The notes under the pieces were generated by a model. The model was not told the origin of the DNA. It did no database searches and saw nothing but the letters and a program-made list of their open reading frames with translations. Positions 18,482 through 28,030 of a stretch of DNA of 64,000 nucleotides are shown piece by piece. Source of the stretch: a virus (Duplodnaviria; Caudoviricetes). The stretch spans positions 6,495 through 70,494 of IMG/VR virus record IMGVR_UViG_3300037067_003630; one strand, written 5' to 3'. The position numbers and the translations under genes are program-made. Numbering within the stretch: position 1 is the first letter of the stretch; each line of letters opens with the position of its first letter.

Positions 18482-19051
18482 TTATCCATCCTGACCGCCT
18501 CCTGCCTTGTCTATTGCTGCAAGGGCTTCTCTTATCTCAACTTTAGCCTGCTCCATTGGCTTATTAGGAACAAACATTTCAAAAGCTTCCATACATGTAT
18601 CTAGCGCTTTCCTAGCCTTTGCAAGTATTACCAAATAGTCAACTATATTCCTGCAATACTCCTTTAGCATCATGTCGGACGCAACTATTTGCTTTGTGAG
18701 TTGCTCATTCGCCTTGACAAGCCGACTTACGCGGTCATTGTATAATCCGTCGTTGTGCGCTTCAAGTTTCAGTTGCTCAACCTCCTGCTGTGCCCTAATC
18801 CAATTATTTCGTGTAAACTCATATTTATTTTCATTTTTGTCACATTCTTCACTTTTGCGCCTAAGCATGTCAATTTGTCTTTCGTTTTTCTGTTTCCACT
18901 GCTCATTCTCTTCCTTCATTTTGCAAAAATCCTTGAACAGTTTGCTATGCCCTGTGTCCAGTTCCTCGTATCGTTGCTGCCAGCCGGTTATCTCCTGCCG
19001 CTGTGCCTTTATGGTTTTTTCTGCATCATCAAGCTGTGCTAAAATGCTCAT
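18482..19051 (-). CDS. Coiled-coil hypothetical protein
   Basis: 189-aa heptad-rich ORF with SD. Confidence 0.6.
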   Translation of the reverse strand: MSILAQLDDAEKTIKAQRQEITGWQQRYEELDTGHSKLFKDFCKMKEENEQWKQKNERQIDMLRRKSEECDKNENKYEFTRNNWIRAQQEVEQLKLEAHNDGLYNDRVSRLVKANEQLTKQIVASDMMLKEYCRNIVDYLVILAKARKALDTCMEAFEMFVPNKPMEQAKVEIREALAAIDKAGGGQDG

Positions 19052-19054
19052 CTC

Positions 19055-19393
19055 TCACCCCTCCAATCCTTTTAGTGATGCCGCATCCCTTTTTATCACC
19101 GCAATCTTGCGTCTTAATTCCTCGCCTAACATGCCGCGCTTTGAATGCCATCCATGTGCATAAGCAAGCCCTGTAGTCTCGCTCAGTTCGTCCGTAAGTG
19201 CCTTAACGTATTCGTCATATGCCAGTGTTATCTCTTCCAGTATTGCCCTGTACACCTTATTTCGATGATATAATTCCTCACACGTTTTAAACACTTTTGT
19301 TATATCTTTCCATACTTCCGGCGATGGTGTATTCGTGTCTTGGGTACAGCGTTTCTTTTTCCATATATCCTCAAATTCCTCATATCTCAACAT
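19055..19393 (-). CDS. Hypothetical protein
   Basis: ORF in early operon. Confidence 0.55.
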   Translation of the reverse strand: MLRYEEFEDIWKKKRCTQDTNTPSPEVWKDITKVFKTCEELYHRNKVYRAILEEITLAYDEYVKALTDELSETTGLAYAHGWHSKRGMLGEELRRKIAVIKRDAASLKGLEG

Positions 19394-19957
19394 TTAACCC
19401 TCTCCCTTCTCGTTCTTATTCCACCGTGTGCCATATCTATCTTCCACTTCCCGCCGCAAGTCCCAATACATTTGTCTGTAATTATCCCTCTCTTTTTCAG
19501 CTTGCTTTGTAATTGAGTACAATCGGTCTACTTCGTGGGGAATACTACTTTTAATCTGCTTATTAACATCCCTTGAAAGCGACCGTATAAGCGAGTTCTT
19601 TAATATTTGCTCATCTTCCCATAAAGGTTGTCGTTTAGCCCTTTTCTCACACCACCCACCGCAATATACGCCTATGTGCGCTGGTATCTCATCCTTGACC
19701 TGCTCATATAATTCTTTTGGCATGACGTAGTAATTAAAATGCCCCAGGAAGGTATTATGTGCATTGCTGTGGAAGTCTGACTTTGACATTTTAATCTCAT
19801 AGCACCGGAACACGCCTTTGCAGTCATAAGTCATGTAGTCAACTCGCTCACTGCCGAACCAGCCGATTGTGACCTCAAAGCATCCGAACACGCCCTGCTT
19901 GTGCGTTGCCTTCCATATCTGCCGTTCAAGCTGTATTGTGGCTTCTGTTTTAGCCGT
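19394..19957 (-). CDS. PD-(D/E)xK nuclease-like (MmcB-like) protein; apparent ACG start
   Basis: ERVDYMT...CYEIKMSKSDF motif. The frame extends upstream to an ACG at 19957 preceded by GGGAGAGGG. Confidence 0.6.
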   Translation of the reverse strand, partial: TAKTEATIQLERQIWKATHKQGVFGCFEVTIGWFGSERVDYMTYDCKGVFRCYEIKMSKSDFHSNAHNTFLGHFNYYVMPKELYEQVKDEIPAHIGVYCGGWCEKRAKRQPLWEDEQILKNSLIRSLSRDVNKQIKSSIPHEVDRLYSITKQAEKERDNYRQMYWDLRREVEDRYGTRWNKNEKGEG

Positions 19958-20265
19958 TCTGACCCTCTCCCTTCTCGCAAAATATCCTGATTATGTGCAA
20001 TTGTTTTTATCGTTTCCACAACCTACGAGCCATTCTTTCCCTGTCCATGTTGCAGAAGAATAATCACCTTCTACTAAATTTTCACTGTTTAATGCTACTT
20101 CCATTTTTCCGTCTTCCTTAGGTATCAGGAACAAAACAGCGCCACCCATATCCATACGAAGTGATTTTTTATTAGTACCTGTTATGCTTATTCTTGCTCC
20201 TCTAAGACACTTGTTGCACTTGGCCATATCAATAAGCCTCCTTCTCCCTCTTTTTAAATTCCGCC

Positions 20266-20631
20266 CTATTCCATCACAACAACTTTCCATTTTGGTATTC
20301 TTTCATAGTTTTGGCTCTCATCGCGATGAAATTTAGATCCGTTTCCAAAATCCTCTATGCATTTTTCGCATCCTATGTAAGTCATTATTGGACAGTGTAT
20401 GTACCCGTCCTGATATACTTCCACCGTCGCACATAAGCACTGCCGCACTGTAGAGCCTGTATATTCTTCGTAGTGTAATCCATCAGGACATACTTTCTCA
20501 TTTCTGCATCTATAAGATTCATGTTTAACGCAATGGTAACAGCGCATTGACTTTTCGTAAGCTAATTGCCGTTGAATTCTTTCGTTTGTCATTTCTTCGT
20601 CAAAGAATGTAATTTGAATATAGTTATTCAC
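20266..20631 (-). CDS. Cys-rich hypothetical protein
   Basis: ORF in early operon. Confidence 0.55.
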   Translation of the reverse strand: MNNYIQITFFDEEMTNERIQRQLAYEKSMRCYHCVKHESYRCRNEKVCPDGLHYEEYTGSTVRQCLCATVEVYQDGYIHCPIMTYIGCEKCIEDFGNGSKFHRDESQNYERIPKWKVVVME

Positions 20632-20634
20632 GCT

Positions 20635-21279
20635 TTACCCCTCCGCAAAGAATCTATGCCCACCTACCTCAAGAATAAACCGTTGCCGCTCATGAAATGC
20701 GCTCTCCACCAACGCAGGAGCATAAAAGTATATTACCTGTTCATCCGTCACTGTCTCACCCTTGTCAAATACTGCTGATACCGCCTCTTTGACATTTTTT
20801 GACGGGTTCGGCCGACGTTTGGCATATGCATACTGCATGACTATCTCTGCCGGACGCTTATTGTTCATGCGGCAGGCGTTTAGAATGCACTGACAGACAA
20901 GCATTTTACCTGTGTACGGTTCATCTTCTGCTTCTGCCATAACGACACGCTCAACGAGGTCACGCTCTGCCGTTGATAGCTCATAGCGCGGACGTTCCCC
21001 GCCCCTGCTTTTCTTGTCTATAGGCTTATCCTGCTTGCGGCCTATCTCTTCCTGCAATGCGCTGATTTGCTGCGTCAGGGCGTCGAGTTGTGCCTTATAC
21101 TGTTCAATTTCTTTGCTGCTATTGACAATTTGCAATGACAAGCCACTTATTTGCCATTTTAAGGCGGTCGTTTCTGTCAAACGTGTCTTTACCCGTTTAA
21201 CACTTGTTCCGACGGCGTACCCCATAAAAACAAGCGCACAGATATAAGATATAAGCAGTACATATGTTCTAGGTTTCAT
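20635..21279 (-). CDS. Membrane-anchored SleB/Hydrolase_2-like cell wall hydrolase
   Basis: N-terminal TM, coiled coil, then LVERVVMAEAEDEPYTGKMLV...ILN, YFYAP and VGGHRFF. Confidence 0.78.
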   Translation of the reverse strand: MKPRTYVLLISYICALVFMGYAVGTSVKRVKTRLTETTALKWQISGLSLQIVNSSKEIEQYKAQLDALTQQISALQEEIGRKQDKPIDKKSRGGERPRYELSTAERDLVERVVMAEAEDEPYTGKMLVCQCILNACRMNNKRPAEIVMQYAYAKRRPNPSKNVKEAVSAVFDKGETVTDEQVIYFYAPALVESAFHERQRFILEVGGHRFFAEG

Positions 21280-21952
21280 ATTTCACCTTCTCGAATTCGG
21301 TCACGAACACCCACGGGTTAGCCGGTCTGCCATATAAAGTAAAATCCTTTGCCTTTATGGTGTTGTGCCATACCTCATAAAACCACGCAAGGGGCTGTGT
21401 TTCGTACTTTTCAGGGCATCCTTCGGCATAGCAACCACCTAAAGTTATGTCCTGTAATCTCTCCACCCTGACGTTTGTCACCTTTAAAAAGATTCTTGCA
21501 GCGGCACGGGGCATGAAGATTGAAGGGTGCCATTTGACACCATAATCCAATCGTGCCCTGTCGCTTTCACTCCCGGGTTTTATATCAGCCCGGTATGAGA
21601 AATTCCACGGTTTGTCTGTTAGCGGATCATTACCAAAACCCATGCCGCGTAAATCTGTCCATGTTTCCCTTACCCATAAAACCATTTCAACTTCCCACGG
21701 GCATTTGATATCCCGGTAAACTTCGCCATATTCATTATTTTCAAAAGTAGCAATCAGACCTCTTTTCACTTTCGGATACGCATTTCCGTTTTTGTCGTAC
21801 GCCGTAAGTTCAGGGTCTTTCTCAAAGCTTTGCAGATTCCATTGGTCAGGATTCAAATTGATTTTATCTAATCCCCTCACTCGCCTCGTCATGCTCTTCC
21901 TACCGTCCTGTATCGCCTGTATCATAGGTGTTGAAAATAATATTGGTTTCAT
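21269..21952 (-). CDS. Conserved phage protein (ASCH/PUA-like)
   Basis: MKPILFSTPMIQAIQDGRKSMTRR, LWVRETW, WHPSIFMPR.AARIFL and ANPWVFV motifs. Confidence 0.7.
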   Translation of the reverse strand: MKPILFSTPMIQAIQDGRKSMTRRVRGLDKINLNPDQWNLQSFEKDPELTAYDKNGNAYPKVKRGLIATFENNEYGEVYRDIKCPWEVEMVLWVRETWTDLRGMGFGNDPLTDKPWNFSYRADIKPGSESDRARLDYGVKWHPSIFMPRAAARIFLKVTNVRVERLQDITLGGCYAEGCPEKYETQPLAWFYEVWHNTIKAKDFTLYGRPANPWVFVTEFEKVKYET

Positions 21953-22305
21953 TTGGTGACCTCCTGTAAAAGATTTCTCTCATACCTGTCACACCTTACC
22001 CGGTGTGTCATTCCTTCTTCACACTCATAATGCGTGCAGGTCGGACATATTTTCTCTTGGTGAAATTCCATTAGTGTTTCGTTGTCAAAGCCATCACTGC
22101 AAACATAATCCCTATAATCCTTATCGCCGGACATTACATTTATCAGGTTGTGACATTTCAGACATTCCTTGCGGTTCTGTATGTCACCCTGCCAGAAGCC
22201 GAATCCTTTTATATACCTTTCACCAACCTCAACAATCCTGCGGCACCAGAAACATTTATGCTGTTTCCGCGCTTTATGTTCGGTTTCAATATAAAAATCA
22301 CTCAT
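21949..22305 (-). CDS. Cys-rich hypothetical phage protein
   Basis: KARKQHKCFWC...GERY pattern. Confidence 0.6.
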   Translation of the reverse strand: MSDFYIETEHKARKQHKCFWCRRIVEVGERYIKGFGFWQGDIQNRKECLKCHNLINVMSGDKDYRDYVCSDGFDNETLMEFHQEKICPTCTHYECEEGMTHRVRCDRYERNLLQEVTK

Positions 22306-22667
22306 TTTGCAACCTCCTGTAAAAGTTCTGGATTATCCCACACATTACCAATTACCTCAATAAATTCATGTTCGCCCATCATAAAGCAATCGTTAATCAT
22401 GTTTTTTATTGTTATTTTGCTGTCGTGCTCCCAATAGCCTTGACAATGTTCTCCGCCCCAACAATGAACAATATACCCCTCATATATCTCTTTTCCGTTG
22501 CGGTCGTGGAGGCCTGTGTATTGTCCAACCTGCCAAACTTCGTGATATTCCCTACCACCAATAGTGTCAAATTCAATTCCAACAAACCCTTCTTTGTGAA
22601 CAAGGTCACCATAAACCCATTGACCGCTGGCTTTGCTTTTACCCCTAAACTTGTACTCTCTTTCCAT
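22302..22667 (-). CDS. YopX family protein
   Basis: REYKFRG, GQYTGLHDRNGKEIYEG and EVIGNVWDNPELL motifs. Confidence 0.88.
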   Translation of the reverse strand: MEREYKFRGKSKASGQWVYGDLVHKEGFVGIEFDTIGGREYHEVWQVGQYTGLHDRNGKEIYEGYIVHCWGGEHCQGYWEHDSKITIKNMINDCFMMGEHEFIEVIGNVWDNPELLQEVAK

Positions 22668-22769
22668 TTCTCTCCCCCCCTTCTGCGGATGAAGGCTATC
22701 CGCGTATCTGCCAGGATATTAATATAGCTCGCCTTGTTATATTCTCAGCCTGCTTCCCCGGCGTGAGTT

Positions 22770-23201
22770 TCAAACTCTAAAAATGACGATCATACTTGGG
22801 AATGGTGCGCCATGCTTTGCTCCTACAAATTTGATCCGCCCTTTTAAAAGTGAAAAGGCATAGTTTTTATAAACATATTTGTGAAACCAGATTGTATCAG
22901 TTCGGGCAGGTAGTAAAGCAAAGACAACGCAATTTCCTGTTTGACATTCTTCGTGTGCCTTTTTAATCCACTTTCCGGTTTCTGTTCTGCTGTAAGGCGG
23001 ATTCATCCAACATATTTCACCCTGCCATGACTGTTTCAGTCCGTCCTGCTCTTTAGTAAAATACCGTTCGCACTTAGCATTTTCAATGGAAGCACACACA
23101 TCAAGCGTAAATTTTCCATATTCATTTTCAAGATCCTGAATTAGTTTTCTCGGCGTTTCCCATTCATCCGTTTTACTGCTGAACATTAATTCTGTATTCA
23201 C
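22770..23201 (-). CDS. Phage DNA N6-adenine methyltransferase (Dam-like, phage type)
   Basis: DEWETP, FTLDVCAS, WMNPPYS, LLPARTDT.WFH and APFPS motifs. Confidence 0.88.
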   Translation of the reverse strand: MNTELMFSSKTDEWETPRKLIQDLENEYGKFTLDVCASIENAKCERYFTKEQDGLKQSWQGEICWMNPPYSRTETGKWIKKAHEECQTGNCVVFALLPARTDTIWFHKYVYKNYAFSLLKGRIKFVGAKHGAPFPSMIVIFRV

Positions 23202-23379
23202 TGCCTCACACCCCTTTCTAATCCCATAACTCCTGCCCCTCCCACTTCACGTACTTGCATGGCGCCTTCCACAGACTACACCTTTTACAGCAATCCTTAC
23301 ATATATGGCAGTTGCATGGCGCGCGTTCGGTTGGAGTCTTACAGTTGCGGCAAGGGTCGATTTGTTTCATGTCGTTACC

Positions 23380-23673
23380 TCACAAATAAATTACTGTCAT
23401 TTTCTTGCCTATTTTTTCAAGGTCAGAAACCTTTATAAAAAAATGTTCATGCTTAAATGGGTTCATGCCTTTTCTGTAGAATGGGAAACTCCGGTGTGTT
23501 TTTTCTAATTCCTCTTTTGTGAATTTTTCACAGTAATTTATATCCCTGTAGTATCCTGACTCGCTTCGTTCTTTTGCATCATCAGGCGTATATTTGCCCC
23601 AAAATTCAAGAAACCCATGTGTCATATGTTTTGTTGATGCTATAACATAATTTCTTTCCATTTCACACCTCAC
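23380..23673 (-). CDS. Hypothetical protein
   Basis: ORF coupled to the replication initiator. Confidence 0.55.
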   Translation of the reverse strand: MRCEMERNYVIASTKHMTHGFLEFWGKYTPDDAKERSESGYYRDINYCEKFTKEELEKTHRSFPFYRKGMNPFKHEHFFIKVSDLEKIGKKMTVIYL

Positions 23674-24437
23674 ACTTCTTTAAACATTTTGTCGAAATCG
23701 CTGTCCGTGTAATTGCGCTGGTCAAAGTTGCCTTTGTTTGGGACTCTGGATTGCTGCTGTGCTTGATTTTCATGTTCCCAAGTCCTAACTGCAGCTTTCC
23801 AATCTTTCATCTTGTTTTTGCCTATCATCCAGTTTTTTGATGTATAAAAATCGTGCCATTTTTCAGCGTCAACTTGGTTTTTTCGTTCAGTGCAATATTC
23901 TTTAACCTGTTCAATAGTGGGTGGAATAAATTTGTGTGTGTGCGGTTCATCCGCACATATATCTTTTAATTCTTTATTCTTATCATTCTTTACATTCTTG
24001 TTTATATTGTCCCCCTGCTGTTCCCTTCGCGTCTCCTTCGTAAAACCTTCGCTGTTACCTTCGTAATTGTTTAAATCTTGATAGTAGCTGTATTTAACTA
24101 CTTCATAGACAAAACCATGTGTTACCTTCGTTGTTACCATCATGTGACCTTCATTGACCCTTTCGTGCGGATTTCGTAGCCAGTCAATTATTCCAAATAT
24201 TTCTTTCTTTGTCGGTTTCTCTTTCCGGTATCCAACTTTATAGGCCATAGCCTCAATAATTTCATTTATTGAAGTCTTGTATTGCCCTCTTTTTAACCCC
24301 TTGAAGTCCGTATGTTGGGCTTTCAAAAGCAACCATATCCAGACCTTTAAATACAAGGGAGGCTTTGACATAATTTCACTTTCTATTAATTTTCTGCTTA
24401 ATAAAATACAGCCACCTGGTATTTTAGGTTCTGACAT
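23670..24437 (-). CDS. Phage replication initiator (replisome organizer)
   Basis: N-terminal winged-helix-like region (GCILLSRKL...WIWLLLKA); C-terminal FIPPTIEQVKEYC...KMKDWKAAVRTWE. Confidence 0.8.
   Translation of the reverse strand: MSEPKIPGGCILLSRKLIESEIMSKPPLYLKVWIWLLLKAQHTDFKGLKRGQYKTSINEIIEAMAYKVGYRKEKPTKKEIFGIIDWLRNPHERVNEGHMMVTTKVTHGFVYEVVKYSYYQDLNNYEGNSEGFTKETRREQQGDNINKNVKNDKNKELKDICADEPHTHKFIPPTIEQVKEYCTERKNQVDAEKWHDFYTSKNWMIGKNKMKDWKAAVRTWEHENQAQQQSRVPNKGNFDQRNYTDSDFDKMFKEV
23950..24130. repeat. Probable replication origin: CCTTCG iterons plus AT-rich tract inside the initiator gene
   Basis: CCTTCG at 24024, 24035, 24046, 24058 (11/11/12-bp spacing) and 24125, next to an AT-rich TTCTTTA-type run. 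Confidence 0.55.
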
Positions 24438-24913
24438 TAACCCACCCCTTTGCCCATATTACAATCAGTACATAAGGTTCTTAAATTATCTTTTGTACTC
24501 GTGCCACCTTTAGCTACTGGTTTTATATGGTCGATACATAATTCAACGTCTGGTGGCCTTCTACCGCATACAGTACAACGAAAATTGTCTCTTTTTAAAA
24601 TTTCATAGCGAAGTTTTAATGTCATTTCGGAACGAGTCTTTTTTTTAGTTTCCTTTTTGGTTTTGAAGTTAATGTCTGTTACACTACACGCCAACAAATA
24701 TTTATCATCGTATATGCACAACATCTCCTCAAATAGTTTATGAAAACAATTATTGCAGCCAAATCTAATATCGTTTTTATTTTGCTTTGAATAAAATACG
24801 GTTACCCTTTCTGTTCGCTTATTGCACACACTACAAATTAAATTATCAATTGTAGTATGACAACTATTGTTATTTGAAAAATTAACCCTTACATTGTTTA
24901 TTGTTTTTATCAT
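24437..24913 (-). CDS. HNH endonuclease
   Basis: LRYEILKRDNFRCTVCG...DHIKPVAKGG...NLRTLCTDCN. Confidence 0.88.
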   Translation of the reverse strand: MIKTINNVRVNFSNNNSCHTTIDNLICSVCNKRTERVTVFYSKQNKNDIRFGCNNCFHKLFEEMLCIYDDKYLLACSVTDINFKTKKETKKKTRSEMTLKLRYEILKRDNFRCTVCGRRPPDVELCIDHIKPVAKGGTSTKDNLRTLCTDCNMGKGVG

Positions 24914-25051
24914 ATCTACGCCCCCACCTTTATTACGTTCTACATATATTATACATCATTTTGTATCATAATGCAACACTTTACAAACAAATGTTCCCTA
25001 TTGCATTACTTTGTATAATAGTGTTACAATACATTCAAGGAGGTGTTTTGT

Positions 25052-25195
25052 GTGTCTAATAAGCGGGTAATGGTATCTCTCCCTGATGGCATTTATGATA
25101 AACTTCAAAAGCAAGCAGACAGTGAAAAACGGTCTTTGTCAAATTTAATCAGGCTAGCTGTTGAGAAGTACCTGGAGGAAGCCGCCCGCAAATGA
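25052..25195 (+). CDS. CopG/Arc-like ribbon-helix-helix protein (not in ORF track)
   Basis: MSNKRVMVSLPDGIYDKLQKQADSEKRSLSNLIRLAVEKYL; GGAGGT SD. Confidence 0.78.
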   Translation: MSNKRVMVSLPDGIYDKLQKQADSEKRSLSNLIRLAVEKYLEEAARK

Positions 25196-25243
25196 GCGGC
25201 TTTTCTTATATCTCTATAAAGCTTTATATAGCCAGGCATCTAA

Positions 25244-25828
25244 TCACCTGCCCCACTCATCTTTTAACCCTGCCAACTCCGCAGGTGTCATAGTCTCTAT
25301 TCCCAATTCCTTTGCCTCACTTACAACCCCATCTATCAGTACAGACATTTCCTTTGTGTCGTAGGTTGAGGATCCAAAGAAACATTGTAGTTGTATCCCC
25401 TTCTGGCCGTTTATCGTGACCTCCCCCAGTTCCCTAACAGTGCGCCATTCAGCTTTTACCCTGTCTACTACATTTGGCTTAACTACAACATGGGTAAATA
25501 CTCCATATCTCTCAAGCGCGACAAGGTATAGTTCGTCCTTGGTTGTATGTAGAACCTCAGCCATTTTAGAGAGCAGCACCCACATATAAGCGTTAGCATC
25601 AAGGCTGCGCTTGTAGCGGTATTGCTTTATTTCAACAAGCAGTTCTTTGCCCTTTAATACAATTTCCTTTAATTCTGCAACCTCGGCCTGTATCTTGCTT
25701 TTGGTCGTCAGGACAACCTCTGTATTGCCGGATTCGTCAAATTGCAGCTTAATTTTCTGAAATACTGCCCTCACAATAATTCCTCCCAAACTGCCGCATG
25801 AATTCGCTGTGTCCGTGAACGCCCTCAA
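25244..25828 (-). CDS. NinB-like recombination protein
   Basis: KRSLDANAYMWVLLSKMA, GSSTYDTKEMSVLIDGVV.EAKELGI; start uncertain. Confidence 0.7.
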   Translation of the reverse strand: MRAFTDTANSCGSLGGIIVRAVFQKIKLQFDESGNTEVVLTTKSKIQAEVAELKEIVLKGKELLVEIKQYRYKRSLDANAYMWVLLSKMAEVLHTTKDELYLVALERYGVFTHVVVKPNVVDRVKAEWRTVRELGEVTINGQKGIQLQCFFGSSTYDTKEMSVLIDGVVSEAKELGIETMTPAELAGLKDEWGR

Positions 25829-26096
25829 ACCGTTTCTGTCCCTCTTGCTTTAGTTGAGCGATTAAACCTCTGTCCAGTTCATCTGTTGTGTTCCTGTGGC
25901 ATTGTGTACACAGTGAGACGTATAAACCATATCGTTCACTGTGCTGCCTGTCAGGATTGCCACCATATATGTGGTGACGTTCGAGGTCTACGGTACGGTG
26001 ACAATTCCAGCAGTAGCCGAGCTCAAATAAACAAGGATACTTCTTCTTGCACGTCTTTTTGTATATTGGTTTAGGATATTGCTGTACCTCAAACAT
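25749..26096 (-). CDS. Small HNH-like Zn protein
   Basis: CWNC...ERHHIYGG...LCTQCH. Confidence 0.6.
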   Translation of the reverse strand: MFEVQQYPKPIYKKTCKKKYPCLFELGYCWNCHRTVDLERHHIYGGNPDRQHSERYGLYVSLCTQCHRNTTDELDRGLIAQLKQEGQKRFEGVHGHSEFMRQFGRNYCEGSISEN

Positions 26097-26769
26097 CGGG
26101 GTGAGCCGCCTTGTATCTGATGTTTAAGCAGGGCTGGCACAATTCCAACTTATGGTATTTAATTCCGTCCGCAAGAATTTGTTCACAGGTCTTTTTCTTC
26201 GTTTCCTTTATTTCATTTCCGCAATCATGACAAAGGTGTACAGAATCATCTTTGTCGTCTCGTTCAGGTTTTCCACTCAAACATTCGGAATAATCAGGTT
26301 TATCTTTTTGCGTTGGCTTGCCCAGTTTGCCTGATGTATCCTTTAGATCGGGGTCGTCCTCATCTGTGGCAATCAGAAAGGACATTTTCAAGAAATACCT
26401 TTGTGAATATGTCAACCCACTTCCCAGTGACTTTGACGCCTCATCCTGCTGCCCGAAAAAGTACCAGGGTACATATTCGCGGTCTGCCGGTTCCTCTGCG
26501 TTTATCCATGTAAAGCCCATTGTTCCCTGGGTGATGAAGTCTGTCTTATCCTTGCCGGATGAATTGGTATAGTTGAATTCTTTAAGGGTACATTCTGACA
26601 GGGTAGGGATGAGTAAGACTTTAAGCTCATTCATTTTTTCCATGATTGCGGATAAGATATTGTCAGTGCTTATGTATGGGTAATCCTTAAAACCCACCTT
26701 ACCTACCGTATCCTTTTTGAGTGCCTTGACGAGTTTGCGGATTTCTACCAGTTTTTCATGTAGAATCAT
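26089..26769 (-). CDS. ERF-family single-strand annealing protein
   Basis: GQQDEASKSLGSGLTYSQRYFL...IATDEDDPD. Confidence 0.85.
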   Translation of the reverse strand: MILHEKLVEIRKLVKALKKDTVGKVGFKDYPYISTDNILSAIMEKMNELKVLLIPTLSECTLKEFNYTNSSGKDKTDFITQGTMGFTWINAEEPADREYVPWYFFGQQDEASKSLGSGLTYSQRYFLKMSFLIATDEDDPDLKDTSGKLGKPTQKDKPDYSECLSGKPERDDKDDSVHLCHDCGNEIKETKKKTCEQILADGIKYHKLELCQPCLNIRYKAAHPDV

Positions 26770-27293
26770 AATTCTACCTCAAATATGTTCGGCCTTTCGT
26801 TCGCGGTCACACCCTCCACAACCTCACCGTCAGCCGTCAAGACCTTGCCGGACTGCACAATTACACCTTTCTTAAATTCTGCCCAATCCGCCTTTTCCTC
26901 AACTTTTACCTTGTCCTCATATCCATTTGCCTTGAGCCATTTTACAAGGTTTTTCTCGTCCCTGATAAACTCCGGCGTTCCGTATTTCAGCTTCAATGTA
27001 CCGGAAGGCAGTTTATAGGTTTCCTGCGTTTTAGTGGCTTTGTGCGGCACGGATTCAAAGTAATTCTGCAACTGCTGTTTCAGATATGCTGTCTTGGTTT
27101 CAAACCGTTCTTGCGCCTTCTGTGCCTTCATGTTGTATTCGCCCACAAATGTTTTGCAGACATTTATGTATCTCTGTGTTTCTGCTGTTTCTTCGGTAAT
27201 GATTTTCAACGCCCACTCTGCAAGGTTGTCGTTGTCGATTTTAAAGCCTTCCTGTACATCTTCCTCAATGATTTCCAGCGCCAGATTATCCAT
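26766..27293 (-). CDS. Mu Gam-like host-nuclease inhibitor (Sipho_Gp157/Gam-like)
   Basis: FKIDNDNLAEWALK, KTQETYKLPSGTLK and DWAEFKK motifs. Confidence 0.7.
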   Translation of the reverse strand: MDNLALEIIEEDVQEGFKIDNDNLAEWALKIITEETAETQRYINVCKTFVGEYNMKAQKAQERFETKTAYLKQQLQNYFESVPHKATKTQETYKLPSGTLKLKYGTPEFIRDEKNLVKWLKANGYEDKVKVEEKADWAEFKKGVIVQSGKVLTADGEVVEGVTANERPNIFEVEL

Positions 27294-27708
27294 TACTTCT
27301 TCCCCTCCCATTCCTTTAGCCATGGCTTAACCGCCTCGTGACTTTCCTTCACACCCACGCCCATTATTGCCCTATACGCCGCATATGCACTCTCATTGTC
27401 ACCTTTGATGTATGCGCTGCGTACGCGCTTCTTGGTGTTCACCAGTTCAAAGCATAGAAATTTCATACATTTACCTCCCTCAAAATTTATTTGGACACCC
27501 ATTATGATAATTTGTCAGACACAGCCAGCGTGGTTTATTGCTTTCAGAATATCCATGCCCCACGCCGCAGGCAGACCGTACAGGGCAGTTGTGCGGATGA
27601 AAACATTCCCGCGATGGACATTCCTTGCTAATAACCTCCACCAGTCTTGTTGAGCCTGCAAATTTAACTTTTACCTTCATCACACCACTTCCCTCAAAAT
27701 TAATTGAT

Positions 27709-27921
27709 TTATTGGGGCGCGTTCGGCAGATTCATCCAATGTGTAACACCCTGCGAAACATACCATTTTGTATACCGTTGTATTCCGTCTTTGATACCGG
27801 CCGTAATATCTTTAAAATAATCCTCTACATGGACCATATCCATACCGCCGTGATTGAAATAAACAAATACGGAATAATCACCCAAAGGCGGCAAACTGTC
27901 GTTTACGCTTATCCATTCCAT
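27709..27921 (-). CDS. DUF551-like phage protein
   Basis: MEWISVNDSLP ... VTHWMNLP. Confidence 0.8.
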   Translation of the reverse strand: MEWISVNDSLPPLGDYSVFVYFNHGGMDMVHVEDYFKDITAGIKDGIQRYTKWYVSQGVTHWMNLPNAPQ

Positions 27922-28030
27922 TCCTTCAACCCTCCCTCTAAAATTAATTTGCCCCCGACAGTCTAAACCCGCTGAGCTGCCAGGCCGCTTTTGACAGTAA
28001 AGGAAAGCGGGGGCAAAAGGTTAACTATCC

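Noticed and set aside
27950-28020. GCCCCCG/CGGGGGC stem enclosing ~50 nt as another tRNA-like element
   Set aside because: No D or T arm signatures; could be a terminator or processing hairpin. Not enough support.
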